In this document: positions 37,982-47,593 of the stretch, piece after piece
Numbering within the stretch: position 1 is the first letter of the stretch
How the letters are laid out: each line of letters begins with the position of its first letter
From: Candidatus Eiseniibacteriota bacterium
Lineage (GTDB): Bacteria > Eisenbacteria > RBG-16-71-46 > CAVPCR01
Reading direction: 5' to 3'
Length of the DNA: 64,000 nt
Assembly: GCA_963823555.1 (NCBI GenBank)
Contig: CAWGMA010000004.1
Span: forward strand, 512,001 to 576,000
Translations under genes and position numbers: made by a program
Notes under the pieces: model-generated
Databases searched by the model: none
Told to the model about the DNA's origin: nothing
What the model saw: the letters and a program-made list of their open reading frames with translations, nothing else

Positions 37982-38557
37982 CTAGGGTCGCGTCCGCGCG
38001 TGCTTCATGAGCTCCCCAGCTCCGAGGCCCCAGTTCGCGATGCAGCGCGCGATGCGCATGGGGGCCACGTCGAGAAGCTGCACACTCTCGCGCTCGACGA
38101 TCATGAGCGGGCCGGCGGTCGGGTTCGGAGGCTCGGGCATGAAGACCGAGCAGAGCCCTCCGCTGATCTCCTCGACCAGGAAGCCGAGGAAGTACCCGTC
38201 GCCCGTCCTGATCATCGCCGGTTTGACCTGACTCTCCCCCTCGCGCGTGAGCACGTTCCCGATCCCGCGGATCACCCCCCAGATGGGAAGGATACTGGCG
38301 ATCTTGCGATCGGCGCCGCGAGTGATCCGCTTTCCTGGCCCGGTGCGGACGATGAGTCCGGCGAGGAGGCAGGCCAGGGCGACGAGAATGAGCGCCCAGA
38401 GGCCGGGCAACGCCGCCTCGAAGGGCAAGTGCTGAGCGATGGGGGCCAGGGCGCTCCTGAAAGCCCCCAGCACCTTCTTCAGCTGAAGCAGGATGAAGCT
38501 CACTGGCACCACCACGAAGATTCCACCGATCAGAGTGTCCCAGAGGAATTTCCGCAT
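37982..38557 (-). CDS. DUF502 family membrane protein
   Basis: Two N-terminal TM helices, then IP-like/GF and VFMPEPPNPTAG motifs. Confidence 0.78.
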   Translation of the reverse strand: MRKFLWDTLIGGIFVVVPVSFILLQLKKVLGAFRSALAPIAQHLPFEAALPGLWALILVALACLLAGLIVRTGPGKRITRGADRKIASILPIWGVIRGIGNVLTREGESQVKPAMIRTGDGYFLGFLVEEISGGLCSVFMPEPPNPTAGPLMIVERESVQLLDVAPMRIARCIANWGLGAGELMKHARTRP

Positions 38558-38635
38558 CGCGTTCGGCTGGGAGCCGTCCTCCTTCCTGGGTCGCCGCCTT
38601 GTTCGCCGGCCGATCGTCCGCCGCGGGCGACAGGG

Positions 38636-39028
38636 CTAGCGACCGCCGGCTCGAGCCTTGATCTCGAGCGCGCGTCCGAGCGAGCGCTCGGCTTCATCGT
38701 CGCGGCCGAGACCCGCGAGCAGGAGTCCATGATTGTAGTGCACGCGGGCATTCCCCGTCATGCCGCTCGCCGCGGCGGCGAGGAAGCGTTCCGCCTCCTC
38801 GGACCGGCCCATCTCGGCGAGCAGGAGTCCGAGCGAGTAGGATGCTTCGCTCTGCTCGGGATAGGCCGTGACCACCTCGCGCAGGAGATCCCCGACCAGT
38901 GGAATGTAGGTGGCCATGCCGATCACGATCAGGGTGTTGGCGCTCCAGTAGTGCATCGCTCGCACCATGGCGCCAAAGCGCACTTGGTCCTCGAGGTGTT
39001 TCACCGACTCGCAGGCGTCGCCGGGCAC
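38636..39028 (-). pseudogene. Mosaic remnant: cytochrome b N-terminal fragments fused to a TPR fragment
   Basis: ESVKHLEDQVRFGAMVRAMHYWSAN (cyt b heme-His helix), then YIPLVGDLL, then two TPR repeats (YSLGLLLAEMGR, YNHGLLLAGLGR). Confidence 0.6.
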
Positions 39029-39160
39029 GACAGGTCTCGAAGACGGTCTTGGCGCATTCCTGATCGGTGCGCGGGGGGAGCGGCCCGCGCACGATCGAGC
39101 GCCAGGTCCGGCGCCCGAGGGACCCGGCCCTCGCTGGTGGCCCGTCGCGGCGCACGGATC

Positions 39161-39700
39161 TCATCTCGACGCCCCGGCCACATGGTCGGCGCCGGCCGAG
39201 GCGGCGAGGATCTCGCCGAAGTAGAAGCGGTGATAATCCCGGGCGGGATAGTGCTCTTCGATCGCCGGGTCGAGAAAGTGCCCCGGATCCAGATCTCCCC
39301 AGTAGATCTTGCGGCACTCGACGACGAGATCGGCTTCGGCGAAGCAGGGGGCGGCCACCTGGAGCGACGCGGTCGGCGTCAGTCCGGATTCGGCGATCTT
39401 GTCGCCATCGCGGCCCGACTTGGTGCCGAGAAGGCGTACGGCCTCGCGGTACCGCTCGGGAAAGGAGCTCAAGGTGAAGGAGTCAAACCGCTCCATGAAG
39501 CCGTGCGTGTAGCGAGTGGGACGGACGACGACCTGGGCGAAGGGTAGATTCCAGATGGTGCCGAAGCTGCCCCAGGACACCGTCATGGTGTTGAAGTCGC
39601 CGCGGGAGAAATCCCCGGCGGTGAGCAGGAACCAGCGCTGGTCCCAGATCTCGAGCGAGCGCAGGAGCAGGCGGGAGAGAGCGACGTGGGATCGGGTCAT
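39161..39700 (-). CDS. Flavin reductase-like FMN-binding protein
   Basis: FNTMTVSWG, VRPTRYT, GTKSGRDGDK and YH..Y.GEI. Confidence 0.88.
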   Translation of the reverse strand: MTRSHVALSRLLLRSLEIWDQRWFLLTAGDFSRGDFNTMTVSWGSFGTIWNLPFAQVVVRPTRYTHGFMERFDSFTLSSFPERYREAVRLLGTKSGRDGDKIAESGLTPTASLQVAAPCFAEADLVVECRKIYWGDLDPGHFLDPAIEEHYPARDYHRFYFGEILAASAGADHVAGASR

Positions 39701-39903
39701 AGGGCCATCCTTGGCTGTCCGGCCGGTGCCAACCGCCCGGAATATACCATCTCCGATGCGGTGTCACGGATGGCTCGATCCGGCCGGGAAATGCCTGCGG
39801 CGGATCACCCGAGGGCGATCCGCCGCTGCTGATGGCCTTGAGGACGATCCCTTGATCGACTCGGGGATCGCGTTGGCGATTGGGGTTATCCGGGAGCCGA
39901 GCG

Positions 39904-40854
39904 CTATCCGATCGAGATCCGGCTCTTGTTCTGAGCCAGCCACTGCTCGAACGTCTTGAGGCTCGGGTTCAGCTTGCGCGTGAGGCTCAGGTCGCGCGCG
40001 CCGACGAACTGCTCCTGGAAGTCGCGCTTGAACTGGAACATGTTGCCCAGGTCATCGGCTCCCGGGAAGCCGAAACCGCGGTAGGTGTCCGGAGAAACGG
40101 CGTTGTAGCGCACTTCCTGACCCAGCGCCTTGCTCAGTGCCGTGGCCATCTGGCTCCCGGTCAGGTGCTCGCCGGCGATTCCCACCGTCTTGCCGACATA
40201 CTCGAGGCCAGCCTTGAAGATGCCATAGGCGGCGGCGCCGATGTCCTCGGTGGCGATGCCGGGCAGCTTCTTGTCATCCATGGGGAACGTGATGGCCAGG
40301 TTGCCGTCGGGACCCTTCTTGGGACCCATGCCGAAGTGGATCAGGTTGTCCCAGTAGAAGGAAGTCAGGAGAAAGGTGGTCGGCAGGCCGACTTGGGTGA
40401 AGACTCGATTCGCCTCCGCCTTGGCTTCGAAATGCGGCACCTTGTATTTCCCCATGAGCGTGGGCATGCGCGTGTCGGTGAGCGGTACCCACTGGCGGGG
40501 ATCCTCGAAGGTGGACCAGACCGCGTGCTTGACGCCGGACTTCCTGGCGGCGCGGGCCATGTTCGCGGCCTGGGCGAACTCCCTCTCGGGCGAGAAGTGC
40601 TCCCAGAAGTTGGTGACGCAGAAGGCACCGTGGGCGCCCTTGAACGCGCGCTCCAGGCTGGCCTCGTCGTCGAGGTCGGCGGTCACCACCTCGGCGCCCA
40701 TCTGGGCCAGGGCCTTGGCCTTGTCGGACTGGGCGTTCCGCGTGATGGCGCGCACCGCGAAGCCGCCGTTGGGATCGTTGAGGATGGCGCGGGCCAGGCC
40801 GCCGCCCTGGGCGCCGGTGGCGCCGACCACGGCAATGATCTTCTTCTCAGCCAT
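39904..40854 (-). CDS. NmrA/HSCARG family NAD(P)-binding protein
   Basis: VVGATGAQGG, TNFWE and VPHFEAK; AGGAG RBS. Confidence 0.9.
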   Translation of the reverse strand: MAEKKIIAVVGATGAQGGGLARAILNDPNGGFAVRAITRNAQSDKAKALAQMGAEVVTADLDDEASLERAFKGAHGAFCVTNFWEHFSPEREFAQAANMARAARKSGVKHAVWSTFEDPRQWVPLTDTRMPTLMGKYKVPHFEAKAEANRVFTQVGLPTTFLLTSFYWDNLIHFGMGPKKGPDGNLAITFPMDDKKLPGIATEDIGAAAYGIFKAGLEYVGKTVGIAGEHLTGSQMATALSKALGQEVRYNAVSPDTYRGFGFPGADDLGNMFQFKRDFQEQFVGARDLSLTRKLNPSLKTFEQWLAQNKSRISIG

Positions 40855-41131
40855 ACTCGATCAACTCCTCTGGAAAAGGCGATATGCGTGTCACAGGGGG
40901 GCTGGAGCTGGGGTCTCGAATTCCACTGCTCTTGGGATGCGGCGAGTCGCCCTGCTGATGCAGACTTTCTATCGTGTCGTGCCGGTTCTTTGCCTTCCGA
41001 CTTGCAGGTGATGATTCGGGCGGCTAACCTGGCGTCCCTGTGTGACCAGCCGACCAGCTTTACGTGCCCATCCCGGGCGTGCCGGTCATCTCAGTCCCTG
41101 GGTGCGGAAGACAAGGAACCGGAAGGAAGCG

Positions 41132-41386
41132 ATGCAAAAGGTCGTTCTCGGCTTGCTCCTCGCTCTGATCGGCAGCATGGCGCTCTCGGTGGCGGCGGGG
41201 AAGTGGTTCTTCACCCTCTATCAGGGTTCGATTCCCGATGCGCTGCGGGCGCAGACGATCACGAGCGGAACGCAGCTCATGTTCATCTCGCGCGGCATGA
41301 TCCTCGGGGTCGCGGTCTTCGTCTGGACCATGATTGCCGTCCTCATGGCCCCGCTCTTCAAGTCGCGCTCGGTTCCCCGGGCCTGA
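41132..41386 (+). CDS. Small two-TM membrane protein
   Basis: AAGGAAG RBS, 84 aa with two hydrophobic helices. Confidence 0.65.
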   Translation: MQKVVLGLLLALIGSMALSVAAGKWFFTLYQGSIPDALRAQTITSGTQLMFISRGMILGVAVFVWTMIAVLMAPLFKSRSVPRA

Positions 41387-41397
41387 TCTGCGCGTGA

Positions 41398-42111
41398 TCA
41401 GGCCAGGTTCTCGGCGGCGAAGTCCCAGTTGAGGAGCTTCTCGATCACGGCGTTGACATATTCCCCGCGCCGGTTCTGGTAGTCGAGATAGTAGGCGTGC
41501 TCCCAGACGTCGATCGTCAAGAGCGGCTTGAGACCCTGGGTCACCGGGGTGTCGGCGTTCCCTGTCTTCACCACCTTGATCTCGTCGCCGGCGGCGACGA
41601 GCCAGGCCCATCCGCTGCCGAACTGCCCGGTGGCCGCACCGGCCAGCGCCTTCTTGCATGCCGCCATGTCGCCGAAGGATGCCTCGATCTTCTGCTTGAG
41701 CGCAGCGGGCGGATCGCCGCCGCCATTCGGCTTCAAGCTTCGCCAGTAGAAGGCATGGTTCCAGGCCTGAGCGGCGTTATTGAAGATCGCCACCTGCTCG
41801 GCCTTGCCGGTCGTCGCCTTCACGATCCCAGCGAGTGACATCTCCTCGAACTCGGTGCCGGCGGTCAACTTGTTCAGGTTGTCGACGTAGGCCTTGTGGT
41901 GCTTGCCATAGTGAAAGCTCATGGTGTGGGCCGAGATCACCGGCTCGAGCCCGTTCTCGGCGTAGGGCAGCTTGGGTAACTCCTGCGGGGGCGCGGCTGC
42001 GGCGATGTGGGGAAAGCCGGCCAGAGCGGCCAGGGTGACCCCGCCGGCTGCAATCAGGAACTCACGGCGACCGGGGTCCTTGGTTTCGGGATCGGGATTC
42101 ATCTCGTTCAC
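41398..42111 (-). CDS. sodB: Iron superoxide dismutase with a Tat signal peptide
   Basis: GRREFL twin-arginine leader; [29 protein letters not shown] and DVWEHAYY. Confidence 0.9.
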   Translation of the reverse strand: MNEMNPDPETKDPGRREFLIAAGGVTLAALAGFPHIAAAAPPQELPKLPYAENGLEPVISAHTMSFHYGKHHKAYVDNLNKLTAGTEFEEMSLAGIVKATTGKAEQVAIFNNAAQAWNHAFYWRSLKPNGGGDPPAALKQKIEASFGDMAACKKALAGAATGQFGSGWAWLVAAGDEIKVVKTGNADTPVTQGLKPLLTIDVWEHAYYLDYQNRRGEYVNAVIEKLLNWDFAAENLA

Positions 42112-42122
42112 GACATCCTCCT

Positions 42123-43025
42123 TCATTCAGACTCCAACTGCTGCCGCGCCATATCGAGCGCGCGCATTCCTTCGGCGCTGACCTCCGGATACCGGAGGTC
42201 GAGTCCCTCGATCGTCCTCGCCAGGATGTCAGCCACCACGGCGCGGGTGACCCACTTGTGATCGGCGGGGACAATGTACCAGGGGGCCCACTCGGTGCTC
42301 GTCGCGGTCAAGGCCTCTTCATAGGCCTCCACGTACTCATCCCAGTGAGCTCGTTCGGCGATATCCGCCGGCGAGAACTTCCAGTGCTTCTTGGGATTGT
42401 CGAGGCGCTTGAGAAAGCGCTGCTTCTGTTCCTCCTTGGAGACATGGAGGAAGAACTTGAGGATCACGGTGCCGTTCCGGGTGAGATGGCGCTCGAAGCC
42501 GTTGATGTCTTCGTAGCGCGCTTGCCAGAAAGCCTGGCTTGGCTCCGCGTGCGGCAGCTTCTGCCGGAGCAGCAGCTCGGGGTGCACGCGGACCACCAGA
42601 ACCTCCTCGTAGTGGGAGCGATTGAAGATCCCGATACGGCCGCGTTCCGGGAGGGCCTTCATACAGCGCCAGAGGAAGTTATGGTCCAGTTCCTCGGGTG
42701 ACGGCTGCTTGAAGCTGTAGACCTGGCATCCCTGCGGGTTCACCCCCGACATCACGTGCTTGATCGTGCTGTCCTTGCCGGCGGCATCCATGGCCTGGAA
42801 GATCAAGAGCAGGGAGTAGGTGTCGCTCGCCCACAGCTTCTCCTGGGCGGATTCGAGGGAGGCGAGGCTCTCCTTGAGGATCTCCTCCGCACGCGCCTTC
42901 ACCTCGTCCTTGCCCAGCTCCTCGAGCTCCTTGGTCTGGGCCCAGCCCGGATCGTAGTCGGAGAGCCTGACGCGTCGATCCGGAGGGACGCGGAACCATC
43001 GCTCGATGACGTCCGGTGTGAGCAA
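42123..43025 (-). CDS. ppk2: Polyphosphate kinase 2 family protein (class III-like)
   Basis: [29 protein letters not shown]-like and [11 protein letters not shown]. Confidence 0.92.
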   Translation of the reverse strand: MLTPDVIERWFRVPPDRRVRLSDYDPGWAQTKELEELGKDEVKARAEEILKESLASLESAQEKLWASDTYSLLLIFQAMDAAGKDSTIKHVMSGVNPQGCQVYSFKQPSPEELDHNFLWRCMKALPERGRIGIFNRSHYEEVLVVRVHPELLLRQKLPHAEPSQAFWQARYEDINGFERHLTRNGTVILKFFLHVSKEEQKQRFLKRLDNPKKHWKFSPADIAERAHWDEYVEAYEEALTATSTEWAPWYIVPADHKWVTRAVVADILARTIEGLDLRYPEVSAEGMRALDMARQQLESE

Positions 43026-43043
43026 GAGCTGCCTCCTGGCGTT

Positions 43044-44663
43044 CTAAGACGGGAGAGTGACGGTGAAGCTGGCGCCACCGCCCGGTGTGTCGGCCAGACG
43101 CACATCGCCCCCGTGCGCGCGCGCCAGGCTCGCGACCAGAGCCAGGCCGAGTCCGAGACCCGCGGGCGCATTGGGGTCGATCTCGCCGCGAAACGGCTGG
43201 AAGAGATGACGTCGTGTCGCCGGCGGGACTCCGGGCCCGTGGTCGGCCACGGTGAGAGCAACCGCACGCGACCCCGCGGGCCCCACTTCGACGTGGATTC
43301 TGCGATCGCCGCTGTCCCTTGAGTACTTTTCTGCGTTATCCAGTAGATTCTGGAGAATGTGGAACAACGCATCACGGTCGAAGGCCACGGGGGGTAGATC
43401 CTTGTTCGCCCTCAGCTCCACTCGGGCTCCCGCCTCCTCCAGGGTGGGGGAGAGCCGCGCCAGGCACTCCTCCACCGCGGCGGTCAGGTCACCCGGCTTC
43501 GGGTGCACGGTGAGGGCGCTCCGCTCCAGGCGGGCATAGTCCAGCACGTTGCCGACGACGCGGCCGAGGCGCTCCGCTTCCGCGGCAAGGCTGCGGGCAT
43601 AGGAGCGCGCCTGCCCGGGATCACCCAGGCCCTCGGCCAGCATCTCGGCCTGCAGTCGGAGTCCCGAGAGCGGAGTACGCAGCTCATGGGCCGCCGCCGC
43701 AGCGAAACGCGAGCGCTGGCGGGCGAGCCGTTCGGTTTGCCAGACGAGCCCGATCACACAGAGGCCGGCGACCACGGCGGTGCCGGTGCCGAAGAGGAAG
43801 CTCTTGCGGAAGGCGGCCATCGCCGCCTGTCCGCGGTTGCGGGCGGCGGCGATCTCCTCCTCGGCGTCGACCGTAACGCGCCACGTCACACACTCGATCG
43901 GCACGACCGCGGAGCGTTCGGACTCCGCAGAGGGGAGATCCTCCGCGGTGATGTGGGCGGGATATCTCGACCCGCGGACGAGATCGCGGAGGGCCGTCGG
44001 CTCGATCAAGATGCCCTGGATGAGATCACCGCGCGCCGCGGGGACCCGGCGCATCGCCACGAGTTCGAGCTCGCCGCCGAGCCCGACGGTTCGCCACTCC
44101 ATCTCGCTGGGGTCGGGCGGCGCACTCTCTCCATCCACCGGGGCGTCGAGGGCTGCCGTGAGCCGCATCGTCTCGCCGGAGAGTTGGTTGGCGATCGCGA
44201 TCTGTTCCGCTTCCCAGCGGCGGTCGGTTCCCGGGGGCAGCAGGACGCCGCCGCCGGGGCCATGCACGGTCGGCATCGTGAGGCGGGTCCCCGCCTCGTT
44301 CCTCTCGATCTGGAAGTGAGCCAGGATGAGCGGATCGTGAGGACCGTGGGCCAGCGGCGAGGGCGTGACCGAGGCGCAGGCGCAGGAGCTCGTCGGATCG
44401 TGGTAGACATGTTCGTACTGATACGCCGGGCGTCTCGACTCGGCGTAACGGATGGCTTCGAGCCGGCCGGCAAGGCGCTCGGCGAGGCGCAGCGCCTCGT
44501 AGCGTGCGCTCTCTCTGGCCGCTCTCTCCAGCTCGGATGCCTCGCGCCCGGCCGCGCGTGACCCTGCGACATACCAGATGGCGGACGGCACGGCTACGGC
44601 GAGCGCGGTCAGGATGGCGGCGAGGAGCGTCCGGCTCAGGTGGCGGTGGCTGCCCCCGGTCAT
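43044..44663 (-). CDS. Membrane sensor histidine kinase
   Basis: Two TM helices, AHELRTPL H-box, NLLDNAEKY, DHGPG and GLGLGL. Confidence 0.92.
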   Translation of the reverse strand: MTGGSHRHLSRTLLAAILTALAVAVPSAIWYVAGSRAAGREASELERAARESARYEALRLAERLAGRLEAIRYAESRRPAYQYEHVYHDPTSSCACASVTPSPLAHGPHDPLILAHFQIERNEAGTRLTMPTVHGPGGGVLLPPGTDRRWEAEQIAIANQLSGETMRLTAALDAPVDGESAPPDPSEMEWRTVGLGGELELVAMRRVPAARGDLIQGILIEPTALRDLVRGSRYPAHITAEDLPSAESERSAVVPIECVTWRVTVDAEEEIAAARNRGQAAMAAFRKSFLFGTGTAVVAGLCVIGLVWQTERLARQRSRFAAAAAHELRTPLSGLRLQAEMLAEGLGDPGQARSYARSLAAEAERLGRVVGNVLDYARLERSALTVHPKPGDLTAAVEECLARLSPTLEEAGARVELRANKDLPPVAFDRDALFHILQNLLDNAEKYSRDSGDRRIHVEVGPAGSRAVALTVADHGPGVPPATRRHLFQPFRGEIDPNAPAGLGLGLALVASLARAHGGDVRLADTPGGGASFTVTLPS

Positions 44664-45346
44664 GGCTTGCCCCAGGCGTACCCCACGCCCTTCACGGTGA
44701 GGATGATCCGCGGCTCGGCCGGATTGCGTTCGATCTTCTGCCGCAGGTTGGCGATCGTCATGTCCACGGTCCGCGTGTTGAGGTCCCCGGGTACGTCCCA
44801 GATCTTCTCGAGCATCTCGGCCCTGGTCACGGCACGCGTGCGCTGGGAGTAGAGCAGACGCAGGATCCGCACTTCCTTGTCGGTCAAGGCCATGAGCATG
44901 CCGGCGCGCTGGGCTTCGTGGCGCCCGAGGTCGAGCTCGCAATCATCGACCAGAAGGCGGTCGACCACGGGCCGGGTGGCGCCGATCCGCCGCTCGGCCG
45001 CTTCGATGCGAGCCATCAGCTCGCGGGCACCGAAGGGCTTGGTCACATAGTCATCGGCGCCGCTCCCCAGGCCTTCGACCTTGTCGTCCTCGGAGCCGCG
45101 CGCGGTGAGCATGATCACGGTGAGCTGCGGGCGGCGCCCCTTGAGCCGGCGGCACACCTCGTCACCGTCGAGTCGGGGCAGCATGCGATCGAGGAGCACG
45201 AGGTCGAACGCCCCGGCAAGTCCGCGGGTCACCGCCGTCTCCCCGTCACCGACGGCCTCCACCGTGTGACCGGCACCCGACAGGAGATCGGAGAGCGCCC
45301 GCCTGAGCCCGGGCTCGTCTTCGACGACGAGGACTTTGATGGCCAT
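44660..45346 (-). CDS. OmpR/PhoB family response regulator
   Basis: VEDE, LLDRMLP, LTA, GADDYVTKPF and RTVD..I..LR.K winged helix. Confidence 0.93.
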   Translation of the reverse strand: MAIKVLVVEDEPGLRRALSDLLSGAGHTVEAVGDGETAVTRGLAGAFDLVLLDRMLPRLDGDEVCRRLKGRRPQLTVIMLTARGSEDDKVEGLGSGADDYVTKPFGARELMARIEAAERRIGATRPVVDRLLVDDCELDLGRHEAQRAGMLMALTDKEVRILRLLYSQRTRAVTRAEMLEKIWDVPGDLNTRTVDMTIANLRQKIERNPAEPRIILTVKGVGYAWGKP

Positions 45347-45575
45347 CCGCGATTCACCCTGAGTATCCGGCTTGCCGGCCCGCTGGGATCGTTGCCGCCG
45401 ACCGACTGCCTGTGGAGCGCGCCGCCCGGCGGAAAGCGCGAACCCGCCCGCCGCGAAGCCTAGCACACCCCTCGTGTCATCGAGCGCGATGCTGGGGGGC
45501 GATCGTCCCTGGAGATGGCCACTTGCCGGAGGTGCGTAGGCGGTTCACCATGATGGGTGTTCCGAGGAGGGACCC

Positions 45576-46352
45576 TTGCTCGAATCCCGTGACGACCATC
45601 TGCAAGACCCGGCCCGTGCCTGGTCCGGTTACTTCACCGGAGCGGCTCTCGACTCCTGGCGCGCCGCCAACCCGCCGGCCACGAGTCGCGCCGAGGCCGA
45701 TTTCATCCGCCGTGTGCTCGAGCCGAGGCCCGGCGCCAGGATCCTGGATGTCCCTTGCGGAGACGGCCGATTGCTGCTCGAGCTCGCTCGTGACGGTCTG
45801 GGCGGAGTCGGCGTCGACCTGGGGGCGGAACAGATCGCCGCGGCTCGGCGGGCGGCGGCGGAGCAGGCGCTCACGACGGTCGATTTCGAGATGCGCGACA
45901 TGCGCGACTTGCCGTGGGAACGGGCATTCGACGGTGTGATCTGCTTCGGCAACAGCTTCGGTTACCTCACCGATGACGACAACTTCGCGTTCCTCTGCGC
46001 TGTCGAGCGAGTGCTCGTGCCGGGGGGGCGCTTCGTCCTCGACACCCGGCATGTGGTCGAGGCCTTCCCGCCGCCCTTCGAACCCCGCACCACATACCGG
46101 ACCGGGAGTGTGCTCGTCATGCTCGAGCACACCTTCGATGCAAGGACCTGCCGCGTGGAAGCGACCTCCACCTTCGTCCAGGGTGGGCGCATCGAGCGGC
46201 GATACTGCTCGTATCGCGTTTACGAGTACGCGGAGCTGAGCGCACTCCTCACCGGCGCCGGGTTCAGCGCGCTGCGCGGGTTCGGCGATCTTTCGGCTCA
46301 GCCGTACGCGCCTGAGGATGACCGGCTATTGTTGCTCGCGACGAGGGCTTAG
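45576..46352 (+). CDS. Class I SAM-dependent methyltransferase
   Basis: ILDVPCGDGR, DMRDL, FDGV and L.PGGRFVL. Confidence 0.9.
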   Translation: MLESRDDHLQDPARAWSGYFTGAALDSWRAANPPATSRAEADFIRRVLEPRPGARILDVPCGDGRLLLELARDGLGGVGVDLGAEQIAAARRAAAEQALTTVDFEMRDMRDLPWERAFDGVICFGNSFGYLTDDDNFAFLCAVERVLVPGGRFVLDTRHVVEAFPPPFEPRTTYRTGSVLVMLEHTFDARTCRVEATSTFVQGGRIERRYCSYRVYEYAELSALLTGAGFSALRGFGDLSAQPYAPEDDRLLLLATRA

Positions 46353-47400
46353 CCTGGATCGTCCGTTGCTCGAGGTCCAGGAGCCGCCTCTTGCGCCACA
46401 CGCCACCGCCGTAGCCGCCCAGCTCGCCGTTCTTGTTCACGACGCGATGGCAGGGAATCAGGATGGCGAGACGGTTCTGGCCGTTGGCCCGCCCGACCGC
46501 TCGCGCCGCGCCGGGTTGTCCCAGATCTCGCGCCAGCTCGACGTAGGAGCGGACCTCCCCATAGGGGATCGCGCGCAACCGGCTCCAGACCCGCTGCTGA
46601 AAGTCCGTTCCCGGGCTCTCGGTCGGCACCGTGAAAGTGGTCCGCCTGCCGGCGAAGTAATCGCCCAGCTCCTCGCGCAGCAACTCGAGATGCGGGTTCG
46701 TGCCGGGGACGATCGCGCAGCGGAAGACCTGCTTGAGCGCGGCGAGCTGGGTCTCGAGCCGGCGCGGCTCGCTGAACTCGAGGAGGCAGATCCCGCGCGG
46801 CGTGGCGCCCGCGATCAGGGGACCGAGCGGACTCTCGATCGTCGCCGTCCAGATGCAGCTCGCATCGCGGCTCGCTCCGGGCGGCCGGCCGTGGACCTTC
46901 TTGTAGGCGTCCCGGAAGCCGCTATGGGATTCGAAACCGCTTCCGAGCGCGACTTCGTCCAGCGCGACCCCGGCGCGTAGCTCCGCCAGCGCCGCTCCGA
47001 TCCGGCGTCTCCGGCAGTAGGCCTGGAAGGTGAGGCCGAAGTGCCGCTGGAAGTAGCGGCGGGCACGGGCGGGATCGATCCCGCGGCGCTTCATGTCGGC
47101 GTCCCGGAGCCTGGTCTCGGGCGACCCGGTGACGAGTTCGAGCAGCTCATCGACCCAGTCGGGCGGCTCCCCATCGGTATCCAGCGGGCGGCAGCGCAGG
47201 CACGGTCGGAAGCCTGCCCCCAGGGCCTCCCGTGCGGTGATGAAGAAGGCCATGTTCTCCGCTCGCGGCTTCCGCGCCGGGCAGGATGGGCGGCAGAAGA
47301 TGCCGGTCGTCCGGACGGCGAGGAAGAACGTGCCGTCGTAGGCGGCGTCGCGAGCGACGACGGCTCGCTCCATCTCAGAACGCGGGGGTAGTGGACTCAT
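46264..47400 (-). CDS. ada: Bifunctional Ada transcriptional activator / O6-methylguanine-DNA methyltransferase
   Basis: TTGIFCRPSC...RPCLRC Zn domain, AraC-like HTH, GTDFQ..VW and IPCHRV. Confidence 0.92.
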   Translation of the reverse strand: MSPLPPRSEMERAVVARDAAYDGTFFLAVRTTGIFCRPSCPARKPRAENMAFFITAREALGAGFRPCLRCRPLDTDGEPPDWVDELLELVTGSPETRLRDADMKRRGIDPARARRYFQRHFGLTFQAYCRRRRIGAALAELRAGVALDEVALGSGFESHSGFRDAYKKVHGRPPGASRDASCIWTATIESPLGPLIAGATPRGICLLEFSEPRRLETQLAALKQVFRCAIVPGTNPHLELLREELGDYFAGRRTTFTVPTESPGTDFQQRVWSRLRAIPYGEVRSYVELARDLGQPGAARAVGRANGQNRLAILIPCHRVVNKNGELGGYGGGVWRKRRLLDLEQRTIQAKPSSRATIAGHPQARTAEPKDRRTRAAR

Positions 47401-47593
47401 GACGTCATCGTAGCGGGGTCGCGCACCGGAGCTCCACCGAGATCTGGACATCGAATTCGCCTCTGCCGGGGGTGCCCGGAACCCCTCGGGGGCGCCTCGC
47501 GAGGCCCCCCCCGATTGCAGCGGGTGAGCGGGGAGAGTAAGCTTCCCGCCCATCTTGTGCTGTCCCCGCTGATTTCCCAGAAGGATCCACCGC

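Noticed and set aside
46264..46352. 89-nt convergent overlap of ada and a methyltransferase
   Set aside because: The Ada tail beyond LLDLE is low-information read-through; such overlaps are common in GC-rich genomes.
47468..47512. REP-like hairpin GGGGCGCCTCGCGAGGCCCCCC
   Set aside because: Only one copy in the window, so a repeat family cannot be established.
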